Below are positions 46,709-55,157 of a stretch of DNA of 64,000 nt, one piece after another. Location of the stretch: positions 10,599 to 74,598 of IMG/VR virus record IMGVR_UViG_3300005340_000003; one strand, written 5' to 3'. Below the pieces are notes generated by a model. That model saw nothing but the letters and a program-made list of their open reading frames with translations, was not told where the DNA came from and did no database searches. A program made the translations under genes and the position numbers. Every line of letters starts with the position of its first letter. Position 1 is the first letter of the stretch. The DNA is from a virus.

Positions 46709-47427
46709 GCAAATTACTTGTCGCAATTTCCGGATATGACGGAGATCGTCATCAAATCGAAAGCAACTGGCAATGCTATGAGCATCACAACAGCCCGGTC
46801 CTGGTGCTGTCCCCGAAGGACGGAGCAATCGACCGCATGAATTCCGCAAAGTGTATTTCAATCGGAGCGAAGGGCTGGATCGGGGCGCATACGCTTTATC
46901 GCCAGCGTCGGTTCCTTCAGATGATCCTGAATGAACCTGGGGAATTTGTTTTGTTCAACGACGCGGATTCGGTGTGCCTTTCTCCGCAAATTCCAAAATA
47001 CCTTTACGATTCTCCGGGAGTTTTCTGGTCGAACGAAGTCAGAGACACGAATCCAGCCGCCTCCAAACTACCGAAACTTGCGTTTCAACCGCCGTATTTT
47101 TTCTCTAAGAGCGTTCTCCATTCGCTCGTCAGATCGTCTGCAACTCCGGCACACTCCTTCACTCAACCGAGCCCCGAAGGTTGGCCGATGCCACTTCCAA
47201 CCGAGTGTATCGACCATTGGATGCTTCAGGTGGTTTACGCGGCGAATTTACCTCACAGAAGTTTTCCGGATGGAGCGAGCTTTGAGACGACCAGCCAGCA
47301 CGGACTCGATACGATGTCCGAGCATGTGCGGGCACACGGGAAGATTTTCATTCATCAAGTGAAAACTCGTCCGGTGCTCGACCGTCTTCTCGCTGATAGA
47401 CAAATTTTCCTCGATACTCACCGATGA
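46705..47427 (+). CDS. Glycosyltransferase-like protein
   Basis: VLFNDADSVC (DxD), AFQPPYFFS, IDHW, IHQVK; paralog of the next gene. Confidence 0.6.
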   Translation: MSKLLVAISGYDGDRHQIESNWQCYEHHNSPVLVLSPKDGAIDRMNSAKCISIGAKGWIGAHTLYRQRRFLQMILNEPGEFVLFNDADSVCLSPQIPKYLYDSPGVFWSNEVRDTNPAASKLPKLAFQPPYFFSKSVLHSLVRSSATPAHSFTQPSPEGWPMPLPTECIDHWMLQVVYAANLPHRSFPDGASFETTSQHGLDTMSEHVRAHGKIFIHQVKTRPVLDRLLADRQIFLDTHR

Positions 47428-48083
47428 ACGAAAGCACACTCATCGCAGTTTTCGGATACGGACCGAGCAAACACGGTTCGAACACCTGGGATTACAAAAA
47501 TGCCGGGGATGTCGAACGTATTCGAATGCTCCTCCCATATTACGAGCATCACAAATGCCCGGTGGTAATCATGTCTCCCTCAGACGCGCCGATCCTCAAA
47601 CTCGGTCCGCACATCTGCCGGCAGGCCGGCAAACGCGCATATACAGGGCAGGCGTCCCTCGACCGTCAACGGGATCATTTGAGAATCTTGCTTGAGTATC
47701 CGTTTAAACACTTCCTTTTATGTGATTCGGATTCGTGTTGTGTCACCCCGGAAATTCCACAGAATTTTTATGATGTGGACGCCTTCTGGTCGAACGAAAT
47801 TACGGAGCCGAGACCACATGAGTCGCCGTATCCTAAGATTGCGCTTCATCCTCCGTATTTTTGTTCTCGGGAAGTGCTTGGTAGGATGTTGACGGTTGCT
47901 GATAGGATCGTGGCGCACCCGATTACTCCGTTCATTGACCATTATATGCTTCAACTCGTGTGTGAGTCCGGAGCGGAGCACCGGAATTTTCTCGACTACA
48001 TTTTGGATCGTCGGATTATGATTCATCCGGTAAAGACGAAGGAAGACATTATCAAATGTCAGTGCATAGGAGAAACTAAATGA
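47424..48083 (+). CDS. Glycosyltransferase-like protein
   Basis: FLLCDSDSCC (DxD), FWSNE, ALHPPYFCS, IDHY, IHPVK. Confidence 0.6.
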   Translation: MNESTLIAVFGYGPSKHGSNTWDYKNAGDVERIRMLLPYYEHHKCPVVIMSPSDAPILKLGPHICRQAGKRAYTGQASLDRQRDHLRILLEYPFKHFLLCDSDSCCVTPEIPQNFYDVDAFWSNEITEPRPHESPYPKIALHPPYFCSREVLGRMLTVADRIVAHPITPFIDHYMLQLVCESGAEHRNFLDYILDRRIMIHPVKTKEDIIKCQCIGETK

Positions 48084-49048
48084 GAGATTTGCATGTTGTA
48101 TGCGGTGGTCGCGGATTTGTCGGACAGGCTCTCATCGCAGACCTGAAACAAAAGGGCCATGAAGTGAAATGCGTATCTCGCGGCCTGGGACAGAATAATT
48201 GTGGGTGGTCGAGTGAACCGTGGGAAATTCGCGATGGGGTTGAATACGTAAACGCTGACTTGATGAAGCCAGATCACGCAGTCGGAGTGGTTCGAGACGC
48301 TCGATACGTTTACAACCTCGCGGCGTCCGTGGGCGGGATCGATTTCATTCAGAACAATCGAGCAGCCTGCATGTCGTCAGCGTTGATTAACCTGAATCTC
48401 CTCCGCGCATGCCACCAATTCGGAACGCAGCGATATTTTTTCGCCTCCAGCGCGTGCGTGTATTCGAGCCGGGATTTTCCGATTACGGAAAGTTGCGCGG
48501 AGCCCGCAACCCCGGAAAGAGGATACGGGTGGGAAAAACTTTTTGGCGAGCAAGTTTGCCGAGAATATCGCGAGGCCGGATTTGTCGATACGCGAGCGGC
48601 TCGATATTTCACACTGTATGGCCCGGGCGACGACAAGAAGCACAACCATTTTCCCGCCGAGTTGTGCAAGAAAATCGCTACGGCAAAAATCCTCGCTCAC
48701 AAATCGATTGAGCTTTGGGGCGATGGTTCTCAAGTTCGGTCCCTTTTGTATATTGACGACTGCGTAGAGGGCACTCAAAGGATCATGGACTCTGGCGTGA
48801 CGATCCCTCTGAATCTCAGTGGCGCGGAATACGCTTCCACAAATCAAATGGCCGATCTCGTTCAATCGATTGCCGGCACGGACCTCCAGGTGAACTACGT
48901 TCCGGGAGTTACCGGGGTCCAATCTCGATTCGCGAGCAATGAACGGATTCACCGAGAACTGGATTGGGAACCCTCGACGGGATTGAAGGAAGGGTTCGAG
49001 TGGACTTACCGGTGGTGGTTCGATAAACTTTTGAAGGAGTTGCGTTGA
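48080..49048 (+). CDS. NAD-dependent epimerase, GDP-mannose 3,5-epimerase-like
   Basis: GGRGFVG, YNLAASVGGIDFI, FFASSACVY, YGWEKL (YxxxK), WGDGSQVRSLLYIDDCVEG. Confidence 0.88.
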   Translation: MRDLHVVCGGRGFVGQALIADLKQKGHEVKCVSRGLGQNNCGWSSEPWEIRDGVEYVNADLMKPDHAVGVVRDARYVYNLAASVGGIDFIQNNRAACMSSALINLNLLRACHQFGTQRYFFASSACVYSSRDFPITESCAEPATPERGYGWEKLFGEQVCREYREAGFVDTRAARYFTLYGPGDDKKHNHFPAELCKKIATAKILAHKSIELWGDGSQVRSLLYIDDCVEGTQRIMDSGVTIPLNLSGAEYASTNQMADLVQSIAGTDLQVNYVPGVTGVQSRFASNERIHRELDWEPSTGLKEGFEWTYRWWFDKLLKELR

Positions 49049-49074
49049 GGGAGATTTTCTGATAGAGTTTTGGA

Positions 49075-49482
49075 ATGACGAAGGTTTGCAAAAAGTGCGG
49101 TGTGGAAAGAACTCTCGACCGATTTCGAAAGCGGGACGGCAAAAGAACTGAATTCTGTTACGAGAGTGTTTGTAAGGATTGTGTCGCTAAGTCCAAACGT
49201 GAAAAATATGATCGAGACCCCACCGCACTTAAAATGGCCCAACTCAAATGGAATTACGGAATAACTGAATTTGAATTCAATGGTCTAAGAAAATCTCAGG
49301 ACGACAAGTGTGCTATTTGCAGAAGGGAATTTATACCCGGTAGCCTTTGTGTCGATCACTGTCATTTTTCCGGAAAAGTTAGGGGCCTTCTTTGCAAGCC
49401 CTGTAATATGTTCATCGCTTTGATTGGGGAAGACACCTCCGCCCTTGTTAGAGCGATTGAATACCTTCAAAAAAATTCTTAG
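49075..49482 (+). CDS. Endonuclease VII-like (probable homing) endonuclease
   Basis: CKKC...CKDC...YGITE...QDDKCAIC...LCVDHCHFSGKVRGLLCKPCN...AIEYL. Confidence 0.9.
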   Translation: MTKVCKKCGVERTLDRFRKRDGKRTEFCYESVCKDCVAKSKREKYDRDPTALKMAQLKWNYGITEFEFNGLRKSQDDKCAICRREFIPGSLCVDHCHFSGKVRGLLCKPCNMFIALIGEDTSALVRAIEYLQKNS

Positions 49483-49512
49483 TTGACAGTCTTCTAAACT
49501 CGCGTCACTTCT
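49483..49512 (+). promoter_or_regulatory. CACT-type promoter for the major capsid gene
   Basis: TTGACA-N17-CACTTCT. Confidence 0.6.
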
Positions 49513-49655
49513 TTTTGAAGCCTAAAAAGGCTCGCGCTCGCTTCAGCGCGAGAAGACCTACTCTTCTGTTTGGTCGCAGAAACTAAACTCCGCTTACGCG
49601 GACCGAAAACTGAGTCTCGGAACAGACTCTATTCAGTTTAGAAAGACCAAATTTT

Positions 49656-50954
49656 ATGGCTTTTTTCTGCGATAATCCATCCGATATCTCTGATATTGCC
49701 TCCAAGGACGTGAACCGCATCGTCGGAACCATTGCAAAGGCTCTTGCGGCAAACTCCCCATACATGGGGGTAATCACTGGAGGCACCTTTCCATCGGGCA
49801 CTTCTGACGCGATACGCTCTGTTGTGCAAATGCAAGCTGCCCCAGGGGACTCACTTGCAATTCCTACGTTCCTCTGCGATACCGAAATCTGCGGCAACAC
49901 CGGCATCCAAGACCTCACCGACACAGTGGAGTTTACGCTCCGCCTGGAGTCGTTTCGCGGTCGCGGCCCGAACATCTGCGTCAAGAAAGGCTACAGCGCC
50001 TTCAAGGGCAGCTATGTTATGGCCGAGGACAGCTTGAAAAAGCTCGTCACTCAGTATGTCAACGCTGACATCCGCGCACAGTTGTATCTCCGATCCGCCT
50101 CCAAGTTCACGGCGAACGCCGGATACGACTTCAACAGTCTGTTCACTGGCGGTCTGGAAACCGACCTGGGCGTGAAATTCGCTCCGTTGCTTCCGACAGG
50201 CCCGATGACCTTCAAGGCTCTCCATTACATTGCGCGGTATCTCCGCGAGGTGCTTTTCGGCGAGTGGTATTCTCAGTCCGAGGGCATGCCTCACTTCCGA
50301 TTCATCGGAGGTTCCGATCAGGTGGAATATTTCCGCTCTGAAGTCGGAGTCCAAAATGTGATGATCGCTCTTACGACCGGTCAATACAAACTCGGTGAGA
50401 CCAGCCTTACGGCTTATTCCTTCGAGCAGTCGCCGGCCTACCGGGGAATTGCTTTCGGCGTGGATCAACGTCCGCTTCGTGCGACGGGATTCAATCCGGA
50501 CGGCACACTCGCCCTGGTCGATCCCGTGACCGTGGTTTCGAACCCGGCACGTAACACCGCTTTTGCCAAGCCGAACCCGGCGTGGTTGAACGCGGACTAC
50601 GAAGTCGGTGTTCTGATTGCCGATGGCAGCTTCGAAAGGCTCGTGCCCGAGAAGTATGTCGGCGAAGGTTCCTTCAAATTCGCTCCGCAGTTGCACATGG
50701 GCGAGCTTGAGTGGCACTACCAGATCGACAACCAATGTAACCAATGGGGGGACTTTGGATGGCACAAGTATCAAATCACCCGGGCATATCGCCCATTGCG
50801 TCCTCAGCACATCATCCCGATCCTCTACAAACGCTGCAAAGCGGACCTGGGTTTGGTGAGTTGCGCGGACACGGCCTCGTCCAGCTTCACGGGCGCTGAC
50901 TCCTTCGTGGAAATCGGCGTGTGCGGCGATGACGAAACGCCAGTGATCCACTAA
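49656..50954 (+). CDS. Major capsid protein
   Basis: 432 aa with strong C/G-ending codon bias, its own promoter and terminator, and a position after scaffold. Confidence 0.8.
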   Translation: MAFFCDNPSDISDIASKDVNRIVGTIAKALAANSPYMGVITGGTFPSGTSDAIRSVVQMQAAPGDSLAIPTFLCDTEICGNTGIQDLTDTVEFTLRLESFRGRGPNICVKKGYSAFKGSYVMAEDSLKKLVTQYVNADIRAQLYLRSASKFTANAGYDFNSLFTGGLETDLGVKFAPLLPTGPMTFKALHYIARYLREVLFGEWYSQSEGMPHFRFIGGSDQVEYFRSEVGVQNVMIALTTGQYKLGETSLTAYSFEQSPAYRGIAFGVDQRPLRATGFNPDGTLALVDPVTVVSNPARNTAFAKPNPAWLNADYEVGVLIADGSFERLVPEKYVGEGSFKFAPQLHMGELEWHYQIDNQCNQWGDFGWHKYQITRAYRPLRPQHIIPILYKRCKADLGLVSCADTASSSFTGADSFVEIGVCGDDETPVIH

Positions 50955-50970
50955 GTCTTGAATGACTCGC

Positions 50971-51004
50971 GAGGCGGTCGGGAATAAAACCTCGACCGCC
51001 TTTT
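50971..51004 (+). terminator. Intrinsic terminator after MCP
   Basis: GAGGCGGTCGGG-AATAAAA-CCTCGACCGCC-TTTT. Confidence 0.75.
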
Positions 51005-51146
51005 CACTATAGACAAAAAACTTTGTCTCAAATCCACTTAACACAAAATGATTTGTCACAATATCTCACGACGACATTGTGACATTGGGGGTGGGTAAAC
51101 CGGAGCGGGTGCTCAACACATCCGCTCCGCAACTTTAGAAAAAATT

Positions 51147-52121
51147 ATGGCTGCTGACGAACTAACATTTAAACCCGGAGACACAGACAATAACCTGCTT
51201 CGAAAAATTCTCGGGACACTCGAAAACGGCCTGGATATTTCGGGCGGAACAATCAACATTCCAGGAGCGATTACCGCTTCAATTGCCGATGGCGCGGACA
51301 CCGCCGAAGGCTCTCGTGCCGATCCAGCCGAAACCAATCCAGCCGCCGTCGCTTCGATTGTTTCTCTGTTGAAGGGAATCCTTACAATCGACACTCAATC
51401 GAACAGCGGAGTAGCCCAACTCAATACCGCTACCGGGCTCATCAATTCAGCGGCAGTTACAAATCCGGCTTCGAATGCTTCTGTAATCGCAGCCCTCAAG
51501 GGAATTTTGACCGGAGTAAACAGCATAAACACCAATACAGGTGCTCCGGCAGACGCGGCAGTCACCAATCCAGCATCCAGTGCCTCAATTATCGCGGCGA
51601 TTAAAGGTCTTCTAACGTTAATTACGACTGGTAACGCCCAACTCGTAACGAATAACAATGTCGGCGGATACACTACGGCAATCAAGGACACTACGGCAGT
51701 AAGTGCTACTCCTGATTATTCGATTGGGGACGCAGTTGGCGGAAAAAGAACACTCACTAACGCGGTTCGAGTTAGCGGTGGAACCGGGGTTTTGGAATCG
51801 GTTATCCTACTTGATCGAGCAAATCAAAAAGCGGGAATGGAACTTTTCATTTTCGACTCCGATCCAACCGCAGCGACGATCACGGATAATGCAGCTTTCG
51901 TTTTCAGCACTGACGACTTGAAAGTTATCGCCAGGGTGTCCATTTCATCCGGCGATTATGTTACAATCAACAGCAAAGCGGTCGCTGTTGTGAAGGGACT
52001 AGGCATCGCATTAAAAGCCTCGGGAAGCACCAGCTTATATGCGGCTCTCGTTACTACGGGTGCCCCCAACCTTGCTGCTACGGACGACATTCAATTGATT
52101 TATGGCATTTTACAGGACTAA
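51147..52121 (+). CDS. Virion (head decoration/fibre-like) protein with internal repeats
   Basis: Three repeats of A(V/E)TNPA...S(I/V)(I/V)..(L/I)KG(I/L)LT. Confidence 0.6.
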   Translation: MAADELTFKPGDTDNNLLRKILGTLENGLDISGGTINIPGAITASIADGADTAEGSRADPAETNPAAVASIVSLLKGILTIDTQSNSGVAQLNTATGLINSAAVTNPASNASVIAALKGILTGVNSINTNTGAPADAAVTNPASSASIIAAIKGLLTLITTGNAQLVTNNNVGGYTTAIKDTTAVSATPDYSIGDAVGGKRTLTNAVRVSGGTGVLESVILLDRANQKAGMELFIFDSDPTAATITDNAAFVFSTDDLKVIARVSISSGDYVTINSKAVAVVKGLGIALKASGSTSLYAALVTTGAPNLAATDDIQLIYGILQD

Positions 52122-52123
52122 AA

Positions 52124-52876
52124 ATGCCTAATCCAGTTCTCATAAAAAGACTGTCACCGTCTTCTGTTTCATCGGGTGTTTTACCAACAGTGGGTTTGAC
52201 CCATCAATATAAAGCCGATAGTTATGTCGGAGTCGCAGACAACACCGCCCTCGGTGGAACTGGATTAGAGTGGGTGGATTCAGTTGGAGGTGTGTCTTAT
52301 CAAGCTGCCCAAGCCGTAGCAGCACTTCGACCAGTTTTTAAAACCTCTGTAACTAATGGGCTTCCTGGGGTTTTGTTTACTAATCTCACTACGTTCGCAA
52401 CACAAAATTATTTGGACATCGCCACAGGAATCGCTCATGTGAACACCTACAGTGTTTTCGCAGTCATTAAAGCGAGCACTACCGCAGGACAGTTTCAAGG
52501 CGGATGCGTCATCGGTGCTTTTTCTGTGGGTGGAGGTGTGGCAGATGAAGATACCTTGATGATTATCAGAAACTCCGTTTCCGCTCAATCCGTTTCAGGA
52601 TTGGCCAGTGATAAGGGAACTGTTTTGGCAGTAGGATTTATTCAGGACAATTTCAACGTCGCCTTTTTTCGAAACAACGTAACGCAATCCACCAACACCT
52701 TGACTTTGGGAACACTCAATCTTAACGAAATTGGGGCTGCAGGTGATATGGGTTTCGGGCCGACTTCCTCGGTTAGATACAGCGGACACATTTTTGAAAT
52801 TTTGGTTTATGATCGTGCAGTCTCTAGTGATACTCGGGCGGCGATTCAGAAATATTTTGGACGTTGGGGGATTTAA
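52124..52876 (+). CDS. LamG/concanavalin-A-like lectin domain protein
   Basis: YKADS...WVD...NGLPGVLF...YSGHIFEILVYDRAVS...IQKYFGRWGI. Confidence 0.7.
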   Translation: MPNPVLIKRLSPSSVSSGVLPTVGLTHQYKADSYVGVADNTALGGTGLEWVDSVGGVSYQAAQAVAALRPVFKTSVTNGLPGVLFTNLTTFATQNYLDIATGIAHVNTYSVFAVIKASTTAGQFQGGCVIGAFSVGGGVADEDTLMIIRNSVSAQSVSGLASDKGTVLAVGFIQDNFNVAFFRNNVTQSTNTLTLGTLNLNEIGAAGDMGFGPTSSVRYSGHIFEILVYDRAVSSDTRAAIQKYFGRWGI

Positions 52877-52878
52877 TT

Positions 52879-53133
52879 ATGCCCGAGCTAGAAAAAATTA
52901 CTTTCCCTCTTGTTACTGGAGGTATGTCGAACGAACAACGAATCGAGTTGCTGGAGAAACAAATTCTCATCGTGTATCATCAACAGCAAAACATCGCTAT
53001 TGAAATCGATACCACACTCAAAGGAATCGAAAAACTCGAAAAACGTTTTCGACTCCTCGAACGGGCTAATTGGGTAGGCATTGGAATTATTTTGGTCGTG
53101 GAGTTTCTGTTCAGATCGAAACTTCTACCATGA
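52879..53133 (+). CDS. Putative holin-like protein (coiled coil plus C-terminal TM)
   Basis: LEKRFRLLERANWVGIGIILVVEFLF. Confidence 0.45.
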   Translation: MPELEKITFPLVTGGMSNEQRIELLEKQILIVYHQQQNIAIEIDTTLKGIEKLEKRFRLLERANWVGIGIILVVEFLFRSKLLP

Positions 53134-53867
53134 AGAAAATTCTCCAGGCGATACTCGTAGTTTTTCTGGCAACCGGATGCAGCAGTCTATTCCCCAAAAC
53201 CGTAGAATTCGGACAGGACAAAGTTGAAAAATTCCCAAGTCACCCAAAACAACAACTCGAAGCGGAGAGACAAGCTACTGCCCTCGCCGCAGAGAAGGCT
53301 CGCGAGGCTGAAACAATTGCAACCATCGATAACAGCACAGCATCCCAACCAGCCGGCGAAGCTGCCGACCTATCGGAATCTGTTGCGCGTTCATTGGGTC
53401 CACCTTCTGACCCGTGGTCTGGAGAGGTGAAAAAATTGACGGAAAGGCTCGACCGGCTCACTTCTAAATATAACGGCTTACTGGCCAACTTTCAGAAAGA
53501 CAACGACGAAAATGCGGGAAAGAAAATCGAGGGAACCGGATTTTTGCAAGTCCCATATTTTTTATGGCTAGGTATCGTGGTCGGCGTGGTTATGATTTTG
53601 TGGATTATCCTGAAAACAGTGGCAAATGTTGCGGCGGCAGCGAACCCGGGTGTCGCCGTTGGCCTTCGGGCAGCGCAAGTCGGAGGCCGAGTTTTGTCCC
53701 GGGGGTTTTCTCAAGTTTTGAAAGGCGGAGAAGCCTTCAAGGACTGGCTGAAAAAAGAAGTCCCCGACGAAGCATTGAAAACGAAAATACTCGAAGCGTT
53801 TAAACAACATCACACCCAGGCGCAGGATGAGGATGTTCAAAACTTGGTGAAAGACTTAACGAAATGA
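53130..53867 (+). CDS. Lipoprotein with internal TM helix (spanin-like?)
   Basis: MKKILQAILVVFLATGC lipobox, coiled region, TM YFLWLGIVVGVVMILWIIL. Confidence 0.55.
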   Translation: MKKILQAILVVFLATGCSSLFPKTVEFGQDKVEKFPSHPKQQLEAERQATALAAEKAREAETIATIDNSTASQPAGEAADLSESVARSLGPPSDPWSGEVKKLTERLDRLTSKYNGLLANFQKDNDENAGKKIEGTGFLQVPYFLWLGIVVGVVMILWIILKTVANVAAAANPGVAVGLRAAQVGGRVLSRGFSQVLKGGEAFKDWLKKEVPDEALKTKILEAFKQHHTQAQDEDVQNLVKDLTK

Positions 53868-54439
53868 GCGGATGCAATTCATTCAACGTCCCGAGCGGTT
53901 GCTCGAATAACCCTTGCGCTGTCACTCAGCTTAATACGGCTCAATGCGAATCGCTCCCGAGCCAGATCAGCAATTTCACTCTTCAATTTTTCGGCACGGT
54001 CGTAAAAACCGAAATCGATGGCGTGGTTACGTGGTCGTTGCCGTGCAATCTTGATGTTGGTCTGACGAATAACCCTCGCGGAGCCGATGAAGGGCTTGCG
54101 TGCTACTTCCTTCGACTTTTCCAGGACGGAATTGTCGGCCTCACCGGTCCGAAGGGAGATCAAGGATGTCCCGGAACGGATGGATTCAACGCTTATACCG
54201 TCACGCTCCAGGCATTCGTCCAGCCGACCGAAGATCAGCCGAATATTTCTGTCCTCACGCAATTTTCACCGGCAATCCTGGAGGGTTTGAACGTTTTCAT
54301 TGCGACGAGCGGATATTACCAAGTCACCGGCACAAGTTCAACCGGGCTCGTGTTTTTGACGCTCATTAAGCCGGTTGCCGGCGCGTCCGGAACGATTGCA
54401 GCCGGTAAAATCGTGGTCCCAACCGGGCCGGCGCTCTAA
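53864..54439 (+). CDS. Virion protein with short collagen-like segment
   Basis: GLTGPKGDQGCPGTDG; Cys-rich N-terminus. Confidence 0.65.
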   Translation: MSGCNSFNVPSGCSNNPCAVTQLNTAQCESLPSQISNFTLQFFGTVVKTEIDGVVTWSLPCNLDVGLTNNPRGADEGLACYFLRLFQDGIVGLTGPKGDQGCPGTDGFNAYTVTLQAFVQPTEDQPNISVLTQFSPAILEGLNVFIATSGYYQVTGTSSTGLVFLTLIKPVAGASGTIAAGKIVVPTGPAL

Positions 54440-54444
54440 AAACT

Positions 54445-54795
54445 ATGCTAGACTGCATCGACTCATTCAAAACGGGTGAATGCGGGTGTGGCTGCGGCTG
54501 CGTCCCGTGCCTGAACAACAGACCGCCACTCGGTCCGAAATGTCGCTCTTTGCCAGCACCGGTAATTGTCCACGACAATAAGGGACAATGTGTCCCGGTC
54601 CTGCACGACCCGAATCATCTCTTTTCGCACTCCTGTAAACGGCCCAAGGGAGGCGATATGACCGTAAGAGCGCCTTTATACGCTCTAACAGTCGAAAACC
54701 CGCCTGATGGCGTCCTGAGAGACGCTGAGGGCTTCCCTGTGCTCGATGCAGAGGGGAATGTGCAGGCGGAAAACGCGGTTACACAACACTGTTAA
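54445..54795 (+). CDS. Cys-rich hypothetical virion protein
   Basis: CGCGCGCVPC. Confidence 0.55.
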   Translation: MLDCIDSFKTGECGCGCGCVPCLNNRPPLGPKCRSLPAPVIVHDNKGQCVPVLHDPNHLFSHSCKRPKGGDMTVRAPLYALTVENPPDGVLRDAEGFPVLDAEGNVQAENAVTQHC

Positions 54796-54797
54796 TT

Positions 54798-55157
54798 ATG
54801 GCAAAATACAATCTTGACCTGGAAGGCGCAAATTACCCTGGTGGCGAACCGTATCCGGAATCTCCGGGTAACGACGAAAAGAACGATTACCCTCAGTTCA
54901 CGTATTACCACGAGGAAGAGTTTGAGGGACCGGAAGAGGGGATCATGACGATCCGATATTGCAAGGTGAAATCGGACCACGACACTCGCCGGCCAGCCGA
55001 CAAACAATACTCATGCACCCTCGGTGTAGAGGAAATTATTTCAGTCAAGGCCGTGAAATCAGAAGCACCAGCAAGCCGGGACCGAAGTGCGGAGGAATCA
55101 CTCGACGCACTCGCGGCGGAGAAATCGAAAGAGAATGATGCAGGGGAGGGATATTAA
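54798..55157 (+). CDS. Acidic hypothetical protein
   Basis: 119 aa, D/E-rich, in operon. Confidence 0.55.
   Translation: MAKYNLDLEGANYPGGEPYPESPGNDEKNDYPQFTYYHEEEFEGPEEGIMTIRYCKVKSDHDTRRPADKQYSCTLGVEEIISVKAVKSEAPASRDRSAEESLDALAAEKSKENDAGEGY

Noticed and set aside
43385-51059. Long minus-strand ORFs 43385-44602 (405 aa) and 49851-51059 (402 aa)
   Set aside because: Mirror frames of the codon-biased scaffold and capsid genes; no motifs, and opposite to operon direction.
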